IMG/VR virus record: IMGVR_UViG_2700989507_000031
Direction: 5' to 3' (one strand)
Length of the DNA: 36,875 bases
Source: a virus
Lineage: Duplodnaviria; Heunggongvirae; Uroviricota; Caudoviricetes
The notes below the pieces were generated by a model. It worked only from the letters and a program-made list of their open reading frames with translations, was not told the DNA's origin and did no database searches. This document shows positions 35,855 through 36,875 of this stretch, piece by piece. The position numbers were made by a program, and so were the translations under genes. Position 1 is the stretch's first letter, and each line of letters opens with the position of its first letter.

Positions 35855-36875
35855 TAAGTCACTAACCTATGGTTCAGTATGCAGTGGTATTGAAGCTGCG
35901 ACAGTAGCCTGGAGCAATCTTGGCTGGAAAGCCAGATGGTTCAGTGAAATAGAGGACTTCCCGTCAACACTTCTTTCATATCGCTGGCCCCATATACCAA
36001 ATCTTGGTGATATGGCTTTGCTTGCGCCTCGTATCAGGGATGGGCTTATTGAAGCACCAGATATTCTTGTAGGTGGAACTCCGTGTCAGGCATTCAGTAT
36101 GTCAGGCAAACGAAAAGGCCTTTCAGATCCACGGGGGCAGTTAACACTGTCTTTTGTTGAACTGGCGAATCAGATAGATACCGTTCGGGCATCGCTCAAT
36201 AAATCCCCCTCAATAATCGTATGGGAAAACGTCACAGGAGTTTTAAGTAGCCATGACAATGCATTCGGTCATTTTCTTGGTGCGCTGGCCGGAGCAGGTT
36301 GCGCATTACAGCCAGCAAGGAAAAGATGGGCAAACGCTGGTGTTGTGTCTGGACCATCGCGTATCGTCGCCTGGCGAGTACTTGATGCCCAATATTTCGG
36401 AGTCGCCCAGGCTCGCAGAAGAGTGTTTGTTGTGGCAAGTGCTGGAAAAAGGCTCGATCCCGGAAAGGTATTATTTGAGTTCCCGCCTGTGTCGCAGGGC
36501 GATAAAAACTATTATGGAAAGAAGAAAAAATCCGAATCCCTTCTTGATCAAGGCATTGAAGGAAAATTGCACCGATATTGCCTTGAAGCATTGCCAAAAC
36601 GAACAGGCACAGTAATAGCTGGCTATAACGGAACAACTAACCAGGACATGACTATGTCTGGTGGGCTCATAGTTGAAAGAGCACCATATTCAAGGGTTCG
36701 TAGGTTGACGCCAACCGAATGCGAGAGGCTACAAGGTTTTCCCGATGGATATACAGATATTCCATGGAAAAATTCATCTCCAGCTCATCGTTATAAGGCC
36801 ATTGGAAATTCAATGCCTGTACCGGTCATGAAATGGATTGGTCGAAGAATACAGGAAGCGTTAAACGAAGTTTAA
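35823..36875 (+). CDS. DNA (cytosine-5) methyltransferase
   Basis: Motif I-like 'YGSVCSGIEAA', catalytic PCQ motif 'GGTPCQAFSMSGK', motif VI 'IIVWENVTGVL'; stop TAA ends the window. GTG start inferred from the track. Confidence 0.85.
   Translation: MGNKKHYFQSDKSLTYGSVCSGIEAATVAWSNLGWKARWFSEIEDFPSTLLSYRWPHIPNLGDMALLAPRIRDGLIEAPDILVGGTPCQAFSMSGKRKGLSDPRGQLTLSFVELANQIDTVRASLNKSPSIIVWENVTGVLSSHDNAFGHFLGALAGAGCALQPARKRWANAGVVSGPSRIVAWRVLDAQYFGVAQARRRVFVVASAGKRLDPGKVLFEFPPVSQGDKNYYGKKKKSESLLDQGIEGKLHRYCLEALPKRTGTVIAGYNGTTNQDMTMSGGLIVERAPYSRVRRLTPTECERLQGFPDGYTDIPWKNSSPAHRYKAIGNSMPVPVMKWIGRRIQEALNEV

Larger units (their letters stand above)
1..36875 (+). mobile_element. Mu-like transposable prophage, internal segment (both ends outside window)
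   Basis: Collinear Mu gene order (A, B, gam, early block, gemA, mor, lysis, terminase, portal, F, G, I, T, sheath, tube, tape measure, baseplate, S, invertible segment, gin, com) with tight or overlapping gene junctions on the + strand. Confidence 0.9.

Noticed and set aside
1-36875. CRISPR array or integrase-type attachment site
   Set aside because: No spacer-repeat arrays were found on visual scan, and the element is transposase-based.

Overview
The whole window is the interior of one Mu-like transposable prophage, read left to right on the + strand in canonical Mu order. It runs from the 3' 609 codons of the DDE transposase, through the MuB-like ATPase (cut by a 71-N assembly gap), Gam, nine small unknown early genes, GemA and a Mor/C-family activator, into the lysis cassette, terminase, portal, head, tail and baseplate genes, and ends with tail fibre S. 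Neither prophage end nor any host flank is visible, and all recognisable genes look intact. The most interesting part is the right-hand accessory region: (1) a Gin-type invertible segment inside the tail-fibre gene, with two inverted 26-bp gix-like sites, two alternative fibre tips and only one tail-fibre assembly gene; (2) a 679-aa multi-domain SGNH/SASA-like esterase with no signal peptide; (3) a small-ORF cargo block with two ~79-bp tandem repeats and a GATC-rich control region; (4) a Com-like zinc-finger gene overlapping a C5 cytosine methyltransferase where Mu carries mom. All family assignments are from reading the translations against recalled family hallmarks; no database search was run.
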